DNA of 64,000 nucleotides from Gaiellaceae bacterium (lineage in GTDB: Bacteria; Actinomycetota; Thermoleophilia; Gaiellales; Gaiellaceae). The notes under the pieces were generated by a model, which ran no database searches, was not told the origin of the DNA, and was given only the letters and a program-made list of their open reading frames with translations. The position numbers and the translations under genes were made by a program. Location of the stretch: assembly GCA_035764085.1 (NCBI GenBank), contig DASTZY010000082.1, forward strand, positions 11,218 to 75,217, written 5' to 3'. Of the stretch, positions 63,604 to 64,000 are shown in pieces; position 1 is the first letter of the stretch; each line of letters opens with the position of its first letter.

Positions 63604-64000
63604 ATGACCACCCTGCCCGGCGGCACCGTCACGTTCGTCTTCACCGACATCGAGGGCTCGACGCGCCTCCTGCAGGAGCTCGGCGACGAGGGCTACGGCC
63701 GCGTTTCGGGCGACCACCGGCGGATCGTGCGCGAGAGCTTCGGCGCGCGGGAGGGCAGGGAGATCGACACGCAGGGCGACGCGTTCTTCTTCTCGTTCCC
63801 GCGGGCGCGCGACGCGGCGGCGGCGGCGGTCGACGCGCAGCGTGCGCTGGCCGAGCACGAGTGGCCGGACGGGCGCGAGGTGCGCGTGCGGATGGGGCTG
63901 CACACGGGCGAGCCGCACGTCGGCGAGGAGGGCTACCTCGGCCTCGACGTCGTCCGCGCGGCGCGTATCTCCGCCGCGGGCCACGGCGGCCAGATCCTCA
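63604..64000 (+). CDS. Class III adenylate/guanylate cyclase domain protein, N-terminal part (runs off the window)
   Basis: Read by hand from ATG 63604: [23 protein letters not shown]...GDAFFFSF...[10 protein letters not shown]...[18 protein letters not shown]. No stop before nt 64000. Confidence 0.8.
   Translation, partial: MTTLPGGTVTFVFTDIEGSTRLLQELGDEGYGRVSGDHRRIVRESFGAREGREIDTQGDAFFFSFPRARDAAAAAVDAQRALAEHEWPDGREVRVRMGLHTGEPHVGEEGYLGLDVVRAARISAAGHGGQIL

Overview
This is a very GC-rich, tightly packed chromosomal segment. It looks Actinobacteria-like, possibly Thermoleophilia or Rubrobacteria type, but the taxon cannot be verified here. I call about 70 protein genes and one tRNA-Leu(CAA). 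I saw no rRNA, CRISPR array, transposase or integrase. Contents in order: (1) a LIV-type ABC uptake operon at 1.0-6.1 kb; (2) an Xre/DUF2384-RES toxin-antitoxin pair next to tRNA-Leu and pfk; (3) a deoC-aldehyde dehydrogenase operon carrying several domain-truncated paralogues; (4) a long minus-strand housekeeping supercluster (era, cdd, dgkA, ybeY, phoH ... yqeY, HIT, mtaB, prmA, dnaJ, hrcA, hemW, lepA, murJ / rpsT / holA, comEC, comEA, leuS) that mirrors the Bacillus yqe/yqf gene order; (5) lysA; (6) an acyl-CoA catabolic block with ACADs, a CoA ligase, SDRs, a thioesterase and APH-like kinases; (7) a second LIV-type ABC operon at 56.8-61.5 kb. The most interesting signals not explained by ordinary annotation are these: a three-Leu-codon mini-ORF plus an intrinsic terminator in the leuS leader; a split ACAD10/11- or Lva-like kinase/ACAD module; tRNA-Leu ending 4 nt before the pfk ATG; two structured convergent spacers full of perfect palindromes, including a twice-repeated GTAACAGACTGTTAC; and two apparent CTG starts inside CTGA stop/start overlaps. 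All functional calls rest on motif recognition by eye. No searches or folding programs were run.
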